Of a stretch of 32,000 bases of DNA, positions 18,330 to 26,653 are shown in pieces. This DNA is from Nitrosopumilus maritimus SCM1 (GTDB lineage Archaea; Thermoproteota; Nitrososphaeria; Nitrososphaerales; Nitrosopumilaceae): positions 330,001 through 362,000 of the forward strand of contig NC_010085.1 of assembly GCF_000018465.1 (NCBI RefSeq), in the 5' to 3' direction. The notes below the pieces were generated by a model, which saw only the letters and a program-made list of their open reading frames with translations, had not been told where the DNA came from and did no database searches. Within the stretch, counting starts at the first letter, position 1, and each line of letters starts with the position of its first letter. Made by a program: the position numbers and the translations under genes.

Positions 18330-18358
18330 GTTTTATACACAAAACCTGTAACTGTATC

Positions 18359-18547
18359 ATGAATTGCTTTATGTGCTCCAAGAAAAAAGAAGACTTTGAA
18401 GTTTGGAGTAACAAGATAGTAATTTCTGCAACTTATGATTCAAGAGTTCAAGATCATGATGTAATTCAAAAATTGTCTAGTCATGACGTGATTTGTCATA
18501 ATTGTATGCAGAAAATTTTAGATGATGTAGATGAAACCCGAGTTTAA
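18359..18547 (+). CDS. Small zinc-ribbon-like protein (62 aa)
   Basis: N-terminal CFMC and C-terminal CHNC knuckles. The stop abuts the stop of the convergent L11 gene with 0 nt between them. Confidence 0.5.
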   Translation: MNCFMCSKKKEDFEVWSNKIVISATYDSRVQDHDVIQKLSSHDVICHNCMQKILDDVDETRV

Positions 18548-19027
18548 CTATTGGAATTTCTCATCCCACTTGCCTTCATTGATCTCTGCTGTAATTTCTT
18601 TAGGGGTCTTTCCTTCTACTTTGACTCCTAAAGCAAGACATGTACCAACTATGGTTTTTGCGACTGATTTTAATGATGATGCATAAGAATTTTCTAGTTT
18701 CGTGTTTGCAACTTTAACAACTGCATCCATTGTTACATCTCCTGCCCATTCAGTTCCAGAAGCTCCAGACCCTTTTTGGATTCCTGCTTCTTTCATAATG
18801 AGTGCAGCTGCTGATGGGATTCCAATTTCAATCTCATACTTTTTTGTATCACTATCTACAATAACGGTGACTGGGACTTTCATTCCCTCAAAGTCTTTTG
18901 TTTTATCATTAATTGCATTAATGACTTCCATGATGTTAACGCCAAGTGGACCTAGTGCTGGACCTAAAGGTGGACCTGCAGATGCTCCTCCTCCTGTTAC
19001 AAGTGATGAAATTTTTTGTTCTCCCAT
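18548..19027 (-). CDS. rpl11: 50S ribosomal protein L11
   Basis: 159 aa. GGGASAGPPLGPALGPLGVNIMEVINAINDKTKDFEGMKVPVTV is the canonical uL11 N-terminal domain. Confidence 0.95.
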   Translation of the reverse strand: MGEQKISSLVTGGGASAGPPLGPALGPLGVNIMEVINAINDKTKDFEGMKVPVTVIVDSDTKKYEIEIGIPSAAALIMKEAGIQKGSGASGTEWAGDVTMDAVVKVANTKLENSYASSLKSVAKTIVGTCLALGVKVEGKTPKEITAEINEGKWDEKFQ

Positions 19028-19061
19028 ATTTTATCGCCTCAAAATGAAAATTTAATCCTTC

Positions 19062-19520
19062 CTAACCCTCTGTTGACAGTTTTAGATAGTTTGCGTCGAC
19101 TGTAACTGGTAGTTGGTATGATGCATCAAGCAAAACAACAGTAGCTTCTTCCTTATCTGAATCAATTCTGGTAATTGTTGCTTTCATTCCTTTGAATGGA
19201 CCACCGGTGATTTCTACAACATTGTCTACTGCTAATGTTGAAACTGTTGATTTCTTTACCAAGTATCCTTCTATGTCTTTAAATTCTAATTCTCCTCTTA
19301 GTTGACCTCGGATGTGTCTTACTCCCTCTACTGCCATGTATGCATCACTTGGATTGATTGCTTCAATGACAACATATCCTTTAAGATCATTTACCCAAAA
19401 TACTGATTGAATATTGATTTGATTTGCATTAGCTTTTGCTTCTAATAATCTCATTACCACTTTTTCTTGTCCACCAGTGGTTCTAATTGCAAACAAATGT
19501 GATTTTACTTCTTCTGACAA
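19062..19520 (-). CDS. spt5: Transcription elongation factor Spt5 (NusG homolog)
   Basis: 152 aa. NGN domain (HLFAIRTTGGQEKVV...GYVVIEA) plus a KOW motif (VVEITGGPFKGMKATITRID). It sits between secE and rpl11. Confidence 0.9.
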   Translation of the reverse strand: MSEEVKSHLFAIRTTGGQEKVVMRLLEAKANANQINIQSVFWVNDLKGYVVIEAINPSDAYMAVEGVRHIRGQLRGELEFKDIEGYLVKKSTVSTLAVDNVVEITGGPFKGMKATITRIDSDKEEATVVLLDASYQLPVTVDANYLKLSTEG

Positions 19521-19522
19521 TT

Positions 19523-19696
19523 TTACCTTCCAAATGTGATCACCGAAAAGACAAATTGAATGATAAATCCAATAGTTCCTATACCACCGATACCTAGCAA
19601 AACCAATCTAAGATGTTGTTTGTACTCATCTTTGTCTGGCTTTTTTGCCATTTTCAAGGTATTTGCCATATCCTTCAATCTCTGCTTCGGGTTCAT
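19523..19696 (-). CDS. secE: Protein translocase subunit SecE (Sec61-gamma)
   Basis: Not in the supplied ORF track. Minus-strand ATG 19696 to TAA 19523 gives 57 aa: MNPKQRLKDMANTLKMAKKPDKDEYKQHLRLVLLGIGGIGTIGFIIQFVFSVITFGR. It has a KKPDKDEY segment and a single C-terminal TM, and it sits directly upstream of spt5 as in the conserved secE-nusG-L11 cluster. Confidence 0.8.
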   Translation of the reverse strand: MNPKQRLKDMANTLKMAKKPDKDEYKQHLRLVLLGIGGIGTIGFIIQFVFSVITFGR

Positions 19697-19735
19697 TGGT
19701 GGAAATTAATAAGGTCTCTTTATATCTCTTATTTC

Positions 19736-20512
19736 ATGGAACTGCTAGTTGCGTATGTTGATGATCCTGCAGGTCACAATATGGCAAAATTTCTTTGCAA
19801 AGATATGACTCAAGATGGAGATGTATTTCGAGGCAAGTATTATGATTTGATAATTATCCCAACCCCTGCAATTTCTGCAGATTGGTTAGAAGAAAAATAT
19901 GATTATGATGGATTTGTATTTTTATCAAAACATGCAGCTGAATCTGGAGTTCTTGCACTCACTTGTCATAGCACTGGGAATTTTTCAGAGGCAAAGTTTG
20001 GTGGAAAAGATAGACAAGTAGCAATCCCTCATCCTGACTTACAAAAAAAATACCTCCAAACTTTACGTGATCATCAATCTGATTTTGTAGAGTTTGACAT
20101 TACAATAGAAGCAACACACCACGGACCTACAGATCTCAAAAAACCCTCAATTTTCATTGAGATTGGAACTACTGAAAAACAGTGGACTGATGAGAATCTG
20201 TGTCATAGAGTTGCAAAATTTGTTCATGAAGTAATGTCAAATGATATCCCAAAAAACCCCGTTGCGATATGTTTTGGTGGAACTCATTATCCTACAAAGT
20301 TTACAGAACAACTACTTGATGGCAAATATGCACTTGGAACTGTAATTCCAAAACACGCACTTGACAATCTTGATGAAGAATTGTTCTCCCATATTCTCAA
20401 GCAAAACAATATGGCCAAATTTGCTCTGCTAGATTGGAATGGACTGGGACCAAACAAGCAAAAAGTTCTTGACCTTCTAGAATCTACAGAACTTGAGGTA
20501 ATCAAACTTTGA
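19736..20512 (+). CDS. dtdA: D-aminoacyl-tRNA deacylase, archaeal type
   Basis: The ORF-track start (19613) would overlap secE on the other strand. The plausible start is the in-frame ATG at 19736 (MELLVAYVDDPAGHNMAKF). The motifs CHSTGNF and EATHHGPT are as in the archaeal DtdA family. Confidence 0.8.
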   Translation: MELLVAYVDDPAGHNMAKFLCKDMTQDGDVFRGKYYDLIIIPTPAISADWLEEKYDYDGFVFLSKHAAESGVLALTCHSTGNFSEAKFGGKDRQVAIPHPDLQKKYLQTLRDHQSDFVEFDITIEATHHGPTDLKKPSIFIEIGTTEKQWTDENLCHRVAKFVHEVMSNDIPKNPVAICFGGTHYPTKFTEQLLDGKYALGTVIPKHALDNLDEELFSHILKQNNMAKFALLDWNGLGPNKQKVLDLLESTELEVIKL

Positions 20513-20808
20513 ATCTTGAGAAAAAGATCTACAAAAAATTACTAGAAGTTCCAAAAGGCCAAATCACGACTTATGGTGAACTTGCAAAGGCTGTTGGTCT
20601 AAAGAATGGGCAACGAGCAGTTGGAAGAATAATGAACAAGAATCCTTACCCTGTAATCATTCCATGTCACAGAGTTGTTATGTCTAATGGTAAAGTTGGT
20701 GGATATGCATATGGTGAGCATATCAAAACAAAGATGCTTAATGATGAGGGTATCAAAATTGAAAATGGTAAAATTCTAGATTGGGAAAAGACTGTTTATC
20801 GATTCTAA
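20509..20808 (+). CDS. ogt: Methylated-DNA-protein-cysteine methyltransferase, stand-alone DNA-binding/active-site domain
   Basis: 99 aa. TYGELAKAVG...RAVGRIMNKNPYPVIIPCHRVV...GGY contains the PCHR active-site motif. The TTG start overlaps the dtdA stop (TTGA). There is no N-terminal domain. Confidence 0.85.
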   Translation: MNLEKKIYKKLLEVPKGQITTYGELAKAVGLKNGQRAVGRIMNKNPYPVIIPCHRVVMSNGKVGGYAYGEHIKTKMLNDEGIKIENGKILDWEKTVYRF

Positions 20809-20809
20809 T

Positions 20810-21205
20810 TTACAATCCTCCTCCTGATACTTTGCTTAATTCAATGTCATACCCTGTTGGATCTTTGATGTATACTGAACTTGATTTCTCAAAATCTACA
20901 GGCCCGTCATAAAGTACTTCGACTCCAAGTTCTTTGCACTTTTGCATAATGTCGTCAAAATTCTCTACATGAAATCCAAAATGTGCAATTCCTCCAGTAG
21001 GAGTTACCTGTGGGTCTTCATACAAACAAAGTTTGATTGAATCATTTCCAATAATTTTTGAAGGTGCACCCATCTTGTTTGGTGAATTGTCATCTTTTCT
21101 AATCTCAAACCCGAACAAATTTTTGTAAAATTCTACTGTTTTTGCCAAGTCTTTTACATTCATGTTGACATGATCCATGGATGTCGCTTTGAGTATGTCT
21201 GTCAT
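20810..21205 (-). CDS. VOC/glyoxalase-bleomycin resistance family protein
   Basis: 131 aa. The pattern is a paired beta-alpha-beta-beta-beta module (MDHVNMNVKDLAKTVEFYKNLFGFE...GIAHFGFHVENFD...KDPTGYDIEL). Confidence 0.75.
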   Translation of the reverse strand: MTDILKATSMDHVNMNVKDLAKTVEFYKNLFGFEIRKDDNSPNKMGAPSKIIGNDSIKLCLYEDPQVTPTGGIAHFGFHVENFDDIMQKCKELGVEVLYDGPVDFEKSSSVYIKDPTGYDIELSKVSGGGL

Positions 21206-21249
21206 AGTCTAAATTGGATCTTTTGAATTAAAAGGATTTTTGAAAAGTT

Positions 21250-21711
21250 CTAATTCTTTCTTTTTGCGACAATCTCTTCCATTAATTGTCTCAAGTGGGC
21301 CTTGTTTCTGACTGTATTTCCACCTACTTTTTTGTAGAGTGCCCAAAATTCAGGATTCGTCAATTCTTTTCTATCTTTTGCAATCTTTAGCAGTCTTCTC
21401 AATGAACGAACCTTTGCAACATAGATTTCTTTTTTGCCAACACGTGCACCTTTACGTCCTTGTTTTGAACCTTGTTTAGTACCTCTCTTGTTTCTTTGAG
21501 CTTTTTTAGTTTGTGCTCTTCCTCTGGATGTTCCAGTAAATGAATCAATTTTGATTGTGTTAGCTGTAATTAGACTTCGAATGTTTTCTCTTGTAATTGC
21601 ATCAGCTACATCAGTAAGATGGTCTGCATCAAATTTTATTCTGTGGACTCCAACACCAGTTACTCTGGATGCTAGTCTTTTCTTAGCTTTAAGATTTACT
21701 ACCACTTGCAC
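21250..21711 (-). CDS. rpl19e: 50S ribosomal protein L19e
   Basis: 153 aa. NLKAKKRLASRVTGVGVHRIKFD is followed by a highly basic middle region. The GTG start overlaps the L32e 3' end by ~20 nt. Confidence 0.9.
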   Translation of the reverse strand: MQVVVNLKAKKRLASRVTGVGVHRIKFDADHLTDVADAITRENIRSLITANTIKIDSFTGTSRGRAQTKKAQRNKRGTKQGSKQGRKGARVGKKEIYVAKVRSLRRLLKIAKDRKELTNPEFWALYKKVGGNTVRNKAHLRQLMEEIVAKRKN

Positions 21712-22093
21712 TCACTCTCGCATTGAAAATTTTGAATTTTTGCTCAACTGCTTTTGTAACAATCTCTTTTCTTTTTCTAGTACCTACACTGTGACCTAAT
21801 CTTACTCCATCCTTTTTTGGATCAAGTTTTGCCAAGTCATCTAAATTGTAAACTAAATTATCTGTAAATCCTGATGGATGTAATCCTCTTGCATCTTTTG
21901 GTCCGCCAAATCCTACTTTGACTAGACCTGGACGACCTCTACTCCACTGTTTTCTCTGATGATGATCAATACCTTTTGGTTTTCTCCAACCAGTTTGAAG
22001 TCTAACATAACGCCAACTCTCTGGTCTTTCAAAATCAGGATTGTGTTCTTTGATCTCCTGTCTCTTTGCAATCTTGTCTTTGTTGATCGGCAT
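21689..22093 (-). CDS. rpl32e: 50S ribosomal protein L32e
   Basis: 134 aa. WRYVRLQTGWRKPKGIDHHQRKQ...GFGGPKDARGLHPSGF matches the eL32 pattern. It lies immediately upstream of L19e, in the conserved order. Confidence 0.9.
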   Translation of the reverse strand: MPINKDKIAKRQEIKEHNPDFERPESWRYVRLQTGWRKPKGIDHHQRKQWSRGRPGLVKVGFGGPKDARGLHPSGFTDNLVYNLDDLAKLDPKKDGVRLGHSVGTRKRKEIVTKAVEQKFKIFNARVSASGSKS

Positions 22094-22348
22094 CAGATTG
22101 ACTCTTGAATTTTGGAATAAATACGTTCCTAGACAGTCAAAATAATTTCAATTGGTAAGAGATAATAAGGAAATGGAAGGCGGATCGAAATATCTCATGA
22201 ACAAGCCTGGGATTAATGACATTATTTTTGGAGGCGTAATACTCTGACACAAGTAGTTGGTACTGCCACAACTGACAAGTTTTCAGCCCAACTCAAAGAT
22301 TTTGGGATCAATCCATCCAAAGTCCACAGAAATCTTAGTACAGATGAG

Positions 22349-23848
22349 ATGGTGAATCTAGCAGTTGAGAGAAAAGAAGGCGTGGTAAACTCTACAGGCT
22401 CTCTTTCAGTAAATACTGGAAAATACACTGGGCGTTCACCTGATGACAGATTTATCGTATATGATGATAAAACCCATGATACAATTGATTGGGGTAAAAT
22501 TAACCATCAATTCCCAAGTGGTAAATTTGAAAAACTCTTAGAAAAAATGAAAAACTTTGTTGATAACAAGGAACTCTTTGTATTTGACGGATTTGTAGGA
22601 GCTGATCCTGGTACTCGTTTACCAATTAGAGTAATCAATGATCATGTTTGGCAAAATATGTTCTCAAGCAATTTGTTTATTCGTCCAACAAGTGATGAAT
22701 TACAAAACCACGAACCAGAATTTACAATTCTTTGTATTAATGACTTTAAGGCTGACCCCGAGATTGATGGAACCAGAACTGACATATTCATCCTCATTGA
22801 CTTGACACGAAAGATTGTCTTGATTGGTGGAACTGAATATGCAGGTGAAATGAAAAAGTCAATGTTTGGTGTAATGAACTTCCTCTTACCTGATAAAGGA
22901 ATTTTCCCAATGCACTGTTCTGCAAACATTGGGGAAAAAGGAGACACTGCTTTATTCTTTGGATTGTCTGGCACTGGAAAAACCACACTTTCAGCAGACC
23001 CTAACAGAAAACTAATTGGTGATGATGAACATGGTTGGTCTGATAATGGGACCTTTAACTTTGAAGGCGGATGCTATGCAAAATGTATCAATCTTAGTCA
23101 AGAGGCAGAACCAGAAATTTGGAACGCAATCAAACCTGGTGCACTTTTAGAAAATGTAGTTCTAAATGACAACGTTCCTGATTATGATGATAACACTTTA
23201 ACTGAAAACACTAGAGTTGGTTATCCTTTGGATTTCATTCCAGGTGCTGTAATTCCAAGTGTTGGTGGAAATCCTAAAGTGATTATATTTTTGACAGCAG
23301 ATGCCTTGGGAGTATTACCTCCTGTATCAAGACTTACCAAAGAAGCTGCAATGTATCACTTTATGTCTGGATACACCAGCAAACTTGCAGGAACTGAAAG
23401 AGGAATTAAGGAACCAAAATCTGTATTCTCTCAGTGCTTTGGAGCCCCATTCATGCCTAGACCTGCCTCTGTTTACGCTAAATTACTTGGTGAAAAGATT
23501 AACGAACACAATACTGTAGTCTACCTCATTAACACTGGTTGGTCTGGTGGTCCATATGGAGTTGGACAGAGAGTCAAGATAAAGTATAGTCGTGCAATGG
23601 TTACTGCTGCACTTTCTGGTGGTCTAAATATTGTAAAGTATACTCACAATGATTTGTTTAATCTAGATGTTCCAACAGAAGTGGAAGGTGTTCCTTCTGA
23701 GATTTTAGATCCTAGAAACACTTGGATTGACAAAGATGCATATGATTTGTCTGCAAAGAAACTTGCTCAAATGTTTGTTGAGAACTTTAAAAAGTTTGAT
23801 GGAGTCTCACAAGAAATTATTGACGCTGGTCCAAAACCACCACAATAA
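22349..23848 (+). CDS. pckA: Phosphoenolpyruvate carboxykinase (ATP)
   Basis: 499 aa from the first ATG. TGKYTGRSPDDRFIV is present, along with the kinase-1a P-loop FFGLSGTGKTTLS, IGDDEHGW and NTGWSGGPYG. The frame stays open and looks homologous for another 43 codons upstream (see findings), so the 5' end is uncertain. Confidence 0.9.
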   Translation: MVNLAVERKEGVVNSTGSLSVNTGKYTGRSPDDRFIVYDDKTHDTIDWGKINHQFPSGKFEKLLEKMKNFVDNKELFVFDGFVGADPGTRLPIRVINDHVWQNMFSSNLFIRPTSDELQNHEPEFTILCINDFKADPEIDGTRTDIFILIDLTRKIVLIGGTEYAGEMKKSMFGVMNFLLPDKGIFPMHCSANIGEKGDTALFFGLSGTGKTTLSADPNRKLIGDDEHGWSDNGTFNFEGGCYAKCINLSQEAEPEIWNAIKPGALLENVVLNDNVPDYDDNTLTENTRVGYPLDFIPGAVIPSVGGNPKVIIFLTADALGVLPPVSRLTKEAAMYHFMSGYTSKLAGTERGIKEPKSVFSQCFGAPFMPRPASVYAKLLGEKINEHNTVVYLINTGWSGGPYGVGQRVKIKYSRAMVTAALSGGLNIVKYTHNDLFNLDVPTEVEGVPSEILDPRNTWIDKDAYDLSAKKLAQMFVENFKKFDGVSQEIIDAGPKPPQ

Positions 23849-23849
23849 A

Positions 23850-25874
23850 CTATCTTCTTTTTAGAACAATACCTATTATTCCAATTACAATTACTGCACT
23901 GGCAATTATTACCATCTGTCTTTCTGGAATGTCAAAGTCTAGTCTTTTTCTTTCTTCAAGCGTTTTGATTTCTATTGTGTTGTATGCACTTGATGTGTTT
24001 CCGTTAATTCTAATTTTTGCATCCACCCAATATTCTGCATTCTCATAGACATCAATTGATGCAGCTTTGTCTGGTGTTACAGTTGTTGTATCAATTCTTC
24101 CGTCTTTGCTGTTTGTAACTGAAATCTTTGCAAAACTCCATTCTTCTGGGTGATGGATTTCAAAGAATAGTTTTTCGTTTTGTTGAACTATTGAAATTGA
24201 CCCTTGTGTATAGTGTAACACAAATGGAATGACATATTGTATCCCTTCATGACTTATCTTTATCTTTCCTTCATGTTCTCCAAACTTGTCTTCTAGTACC
24301 CTCATTTTTACATTCAAAATATTTTCATCAACTAACTCTCCTCCAAATTTTATGAACTCTGGCCCATCAAATGTCATGTCAAATCCATCCCATGTCCCAT
24401 CAAGCGATTTTAGTTGGAATTGTTTTTCAACGACTTTGTTATCTGATGATGCTAGTCCTACAAAGTTTGGAGGCTCTATGATCAATTTTGCATCAAATGC
24501 TTTTGCGATGTTCAGCCTGCCTGCGCCTGTTTCTTGTATGGAGAATTCATCTCCGTAGGCATCAGATACAGGCTCAACTGTGGTCAGTAATAATGACTTT
24601 ATCTCATGATGGTGCAATTCTGGATTTTTTTGTAGTAATAGTGCTGCTGCACCACTTACGTGGGGAGCCGCATAACTGGTTCCACTAGTAAAATTGTATC
24701 CTGCATTGTTTTGTGTGGTATTGATGTATGCTCCTGGCGCCACAATTTCTGGTTTGATATAAAATGGAGATACTGGTCCTCTTGAACTAAAATGTGCAAG
24801 ATAATCTGGATTAAAGAACAAATTCAATGTAGCTTCATCTCCATTAATCGATTCAATAATCTCTAATCCTTCTTCTCTATCAATTGATACAACTGGAATT
24901 CTAGGCGAATAATTTGGCTCAATAAACTCATGAATTAATTCTCCAAGAAAAATTCCTGGAATGTTATTGTAAACAATCATTGCTTTTGCTCCTGCGTCTG
25001 CTGCATTAGTTTCCTTTATTGAAAAATACAACAATTCCTCTTTTACATCACTGCCTCTTTCAACAATCAATATTGAATCTTTGACATCGAGATCTTTTAA
25101 TTCATCTACTTTTCCAAATCCTCCAAATACTAGTTTTCCAGAAATTGCGTCTTCCGTTTTTTTATTTCCTGCCATTGGAATTACTGTATATGGCTTGTCA
25201 TTAACTTCTAATGTTGCAACCAAACTTGATGTAAGATTGTTGTAAGTTGCACCAACTGTAACTGACCCAAAGTTTCTTCCAGGACTTCCGATACTTCCTA
25301 ATTCTGGACCGTCATTTCCAGCTGCAGTTACTACAAAGATTTCTTTTTCTAGTGCTTGATTTACTGCTCTTTCAATCTTTGTGTTTGTTTTGTTTACTCC
25401 TAAACTGATATTGATAATGTCTGCATCATCTTCAATTGCTTTTTCAATTGCTCTAATGATTAAATCTGATGATACTCCCTCTCCATCTTCAGATACCTTG
25501 TAGGCAAGGATTTTTGCCTTGGGTGCAACACCTGTTGCTTGCCCATCAGCAGCTATGACCCCTGCAACTTGTGTGCCATGTCCATTATTGTCCATAGGGG
25601 GTTGACCCTCTTGAATGAAATTGTATCCTCCAACAACTTTTCCATCATGACCCCAACCAAACAAATCTGGATGATTAAAGTCTACACCAGTATCAATAAT
25701 CGCAATTTTGATTCCTGTTCCATCTATTCCATCTATTCTTGGAATATCTGTTCCAACAAATGGGACACTTCTTTCCAAGTATGTATGAATTTGATTTTTA
25801 GAATCAGTTGCTTGAGTTAAAATTAATCCCATCAAAATTACAACAATAAAAGAAAAAATCACTAAGAATTTCAC
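23850..25874 (-). CDS. Membrane-anchored subtilisin-like serine protease (S8) with PA-domain insertion
   Basis: 674 aa with a GTG start. N-terminal signal FLVIFSFIVVILMGLIL. Catalytic triad contexts IIDTGVD, HGTQVAG and GTSYAAPHVSG. There is a ~130-aa insertion between His and Ser (PA-like) and a C-terminal TM anchor, MVIIASAVIVIGIIGIVLKRR. Confidence 0.85.
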   Translation of the reverse strand: MKFLVIFSFIVVILMGLILTQATDSKNQIHTYLERSVPFVGTDIPRIDGIDGTGIKIAIIDTGVDFNHPDLFGWGHDGKVVGGYNFIQEGQPPMDNNGHGTQVAGVIAADGQATGVAPKAKILAYKVSEDGEGVSSDLIIRAIEKAIEDDADIINISLGVNKTNTKIERAVNQALEKEIFVVTAAGNDGPELGSIGSPGRNFGSVTVGATYNNLTSSLVATLEVNDKPYTVIPMAGNKKTEDAISGKLVFGGFGKVDELKDLDVKDSILIVERGSDVKEELLYFSIKETNAADAGAKAMIVYNNIPGIFLGELIHEFIEPNYSPRIPVVSIDREEGLEIIESINGDEATLNLFFNPDYLAHFSSRGPVSPFYIKPEIVAPGAYINTTQNNAGYNFTSGTSYAAPHVSGAAALLLQKNPELHHHEIKSLLLTTVEPVSDAYGDEFSIQETGAGRLNIAKAFDAKLIIEPPNFVGLASSDNKVVEKQFQLKSLDGTWDGFDMTFDGPEFIKFGGELVDENILNVKMRVLEDKFGEHEGKIKISHEGIQYVIPFVLHYTQGSISIVQQNEKLFFEIHHPEEWSFAKISVTNSKDGRIDTTTVTPDKAASIDVYENAEYWVDAKIRINGNTSSAYNTIEIKTLEERKRLDFDIPERQMVIIASAVIVIGIIGIVLKRR

Positions 25875-25950
25875 AAATCTTTTAACAATTTTAGCAAGTA
25901 AAAATGATTACCTGTAAACCAATAAATGGAATAAATTTTCAAATAAATTT

Positions 25951-26571
25951 ATGGGAAAATACACACTTCCTGAAATGCCATATGCTTATGATGCATTAGA
26001 ACCTCACATTGACGCAAGAACCATGGAGATTCACCACACAAAGCATCATCAAACATACACTGACAAACTAAATGCAGCTCTTGAAACATGTCCAGCTGAA
26101 ATTCAAGACAAAGATATTCTTGACATCTTGTCTGATATCAATTCAGTTCCAGAAGACAAAAGAGGTGCAATTAATTTCAACGGTGGTGGTTATGATAACC
26201 ATAGGCTATTTTGGAATAACATGAAACCAAATGGAGGCGGAGAACCTGGGGGATCAATTGCTGATGCAATTAACGATTCTTTTGGAAGCTTTTCTGACTT
26301 CAAAGAGAAGTTTTCATCCACTACAGCAGTAATTCAAGGCAGTGGTTGGGGATGGTTAGTATACAACCCTTCTTCTGGAAAGGTTGAGTACAAATCAATG
26401 CCAAACCAAACAAGTCCTAGAACTGAAGGACTAGTTCCATTGTTAGGCTGTGATGTTTGGGAACATGCATACTATCTCAACTACCAAAACAAGAGACCTG
26501 CTTACATTGAAGCATGGTGGAACGTAGTTAACTGGGATGAGGTAGAGAACAGATTCTCTAAAGCAAAATAA
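25951..26571 (+). CDS. sod: Fe/Mn superoxide dismutase
   Basis: 206 aa. [28 protein letters not shown] and [18 protein letters not shown] are the canonical Fe/Mn-SOD signatures. Confidence 0.95.
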   Translation: MGKYTLPEMPYAYDALEPHIDARTMEIHHTKHHQTYTDKLNAALETCPAEIQDKDILDILSDINSVPEDKRGAINFNGGGYDNHRLFWNNMKPNGGGEPGGSIADAINDSFGSFSDFKEKFSSTTAVIQGSGWGWLVYNPSSGKVEYKSMPNQTSPRTEGLVPLLGCDVWEHAYYLNYQNKRPAYIEAWWNVVNWDEVENRFSKAK

Positions 26572-26576
26572 AGTTC

Positions 26577-26603
26577 ATTCTTTATTTTTTATTCATTTTT
26601 TGA
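26577..26603 (+). terminator. Oligo-T termination region after sod
   Basis: The T-runs TTCTTTATTTTTTATTCATTTTTTG lie directly downstream of the sod stop. Confidence 0.35.
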
Positions 26604-26620
26604 TTCGCTTTCTATGAATG

Positions 26621-26630
26621 AATTTATAAC
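26621..26630 (+). promoter_or_regulatory. TATA-box-like element upstream of pfdA-ftsY-argF
   Basis: AATTTATAAC is centred ~29 nt upstream of ATG 26654. This is the same spacing as at the P1 and L18 promoters. Confidence 0.4.
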
Positions 26631-26653
26631 CATAAGAGAAAGTCATGTTGTAA

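Noticed and set aside
17709-18358. Searched the two largest non-annotated stretches (17709-18358 and 22094-22348) and all other spacers for tRNA cloverleaves, C/D-box sRNAs or other structured RNAs.
   Set aside because: I found no acceptor or T-arm pairing and no GTTC-like T-loop. One ATGATG near 18318 has no matching CTGA D-box and terminal stem. The stretches are better explained by micro-ORFs and a promoter or 5' region.
22222-22428. 68-aa minus-strand ORF overlapping the 5' end of pckA.
   Set aside because: It is antisense to a region whose plus-strand translation matches the PEPCK N-terminus. It has no motif and no promoter context.
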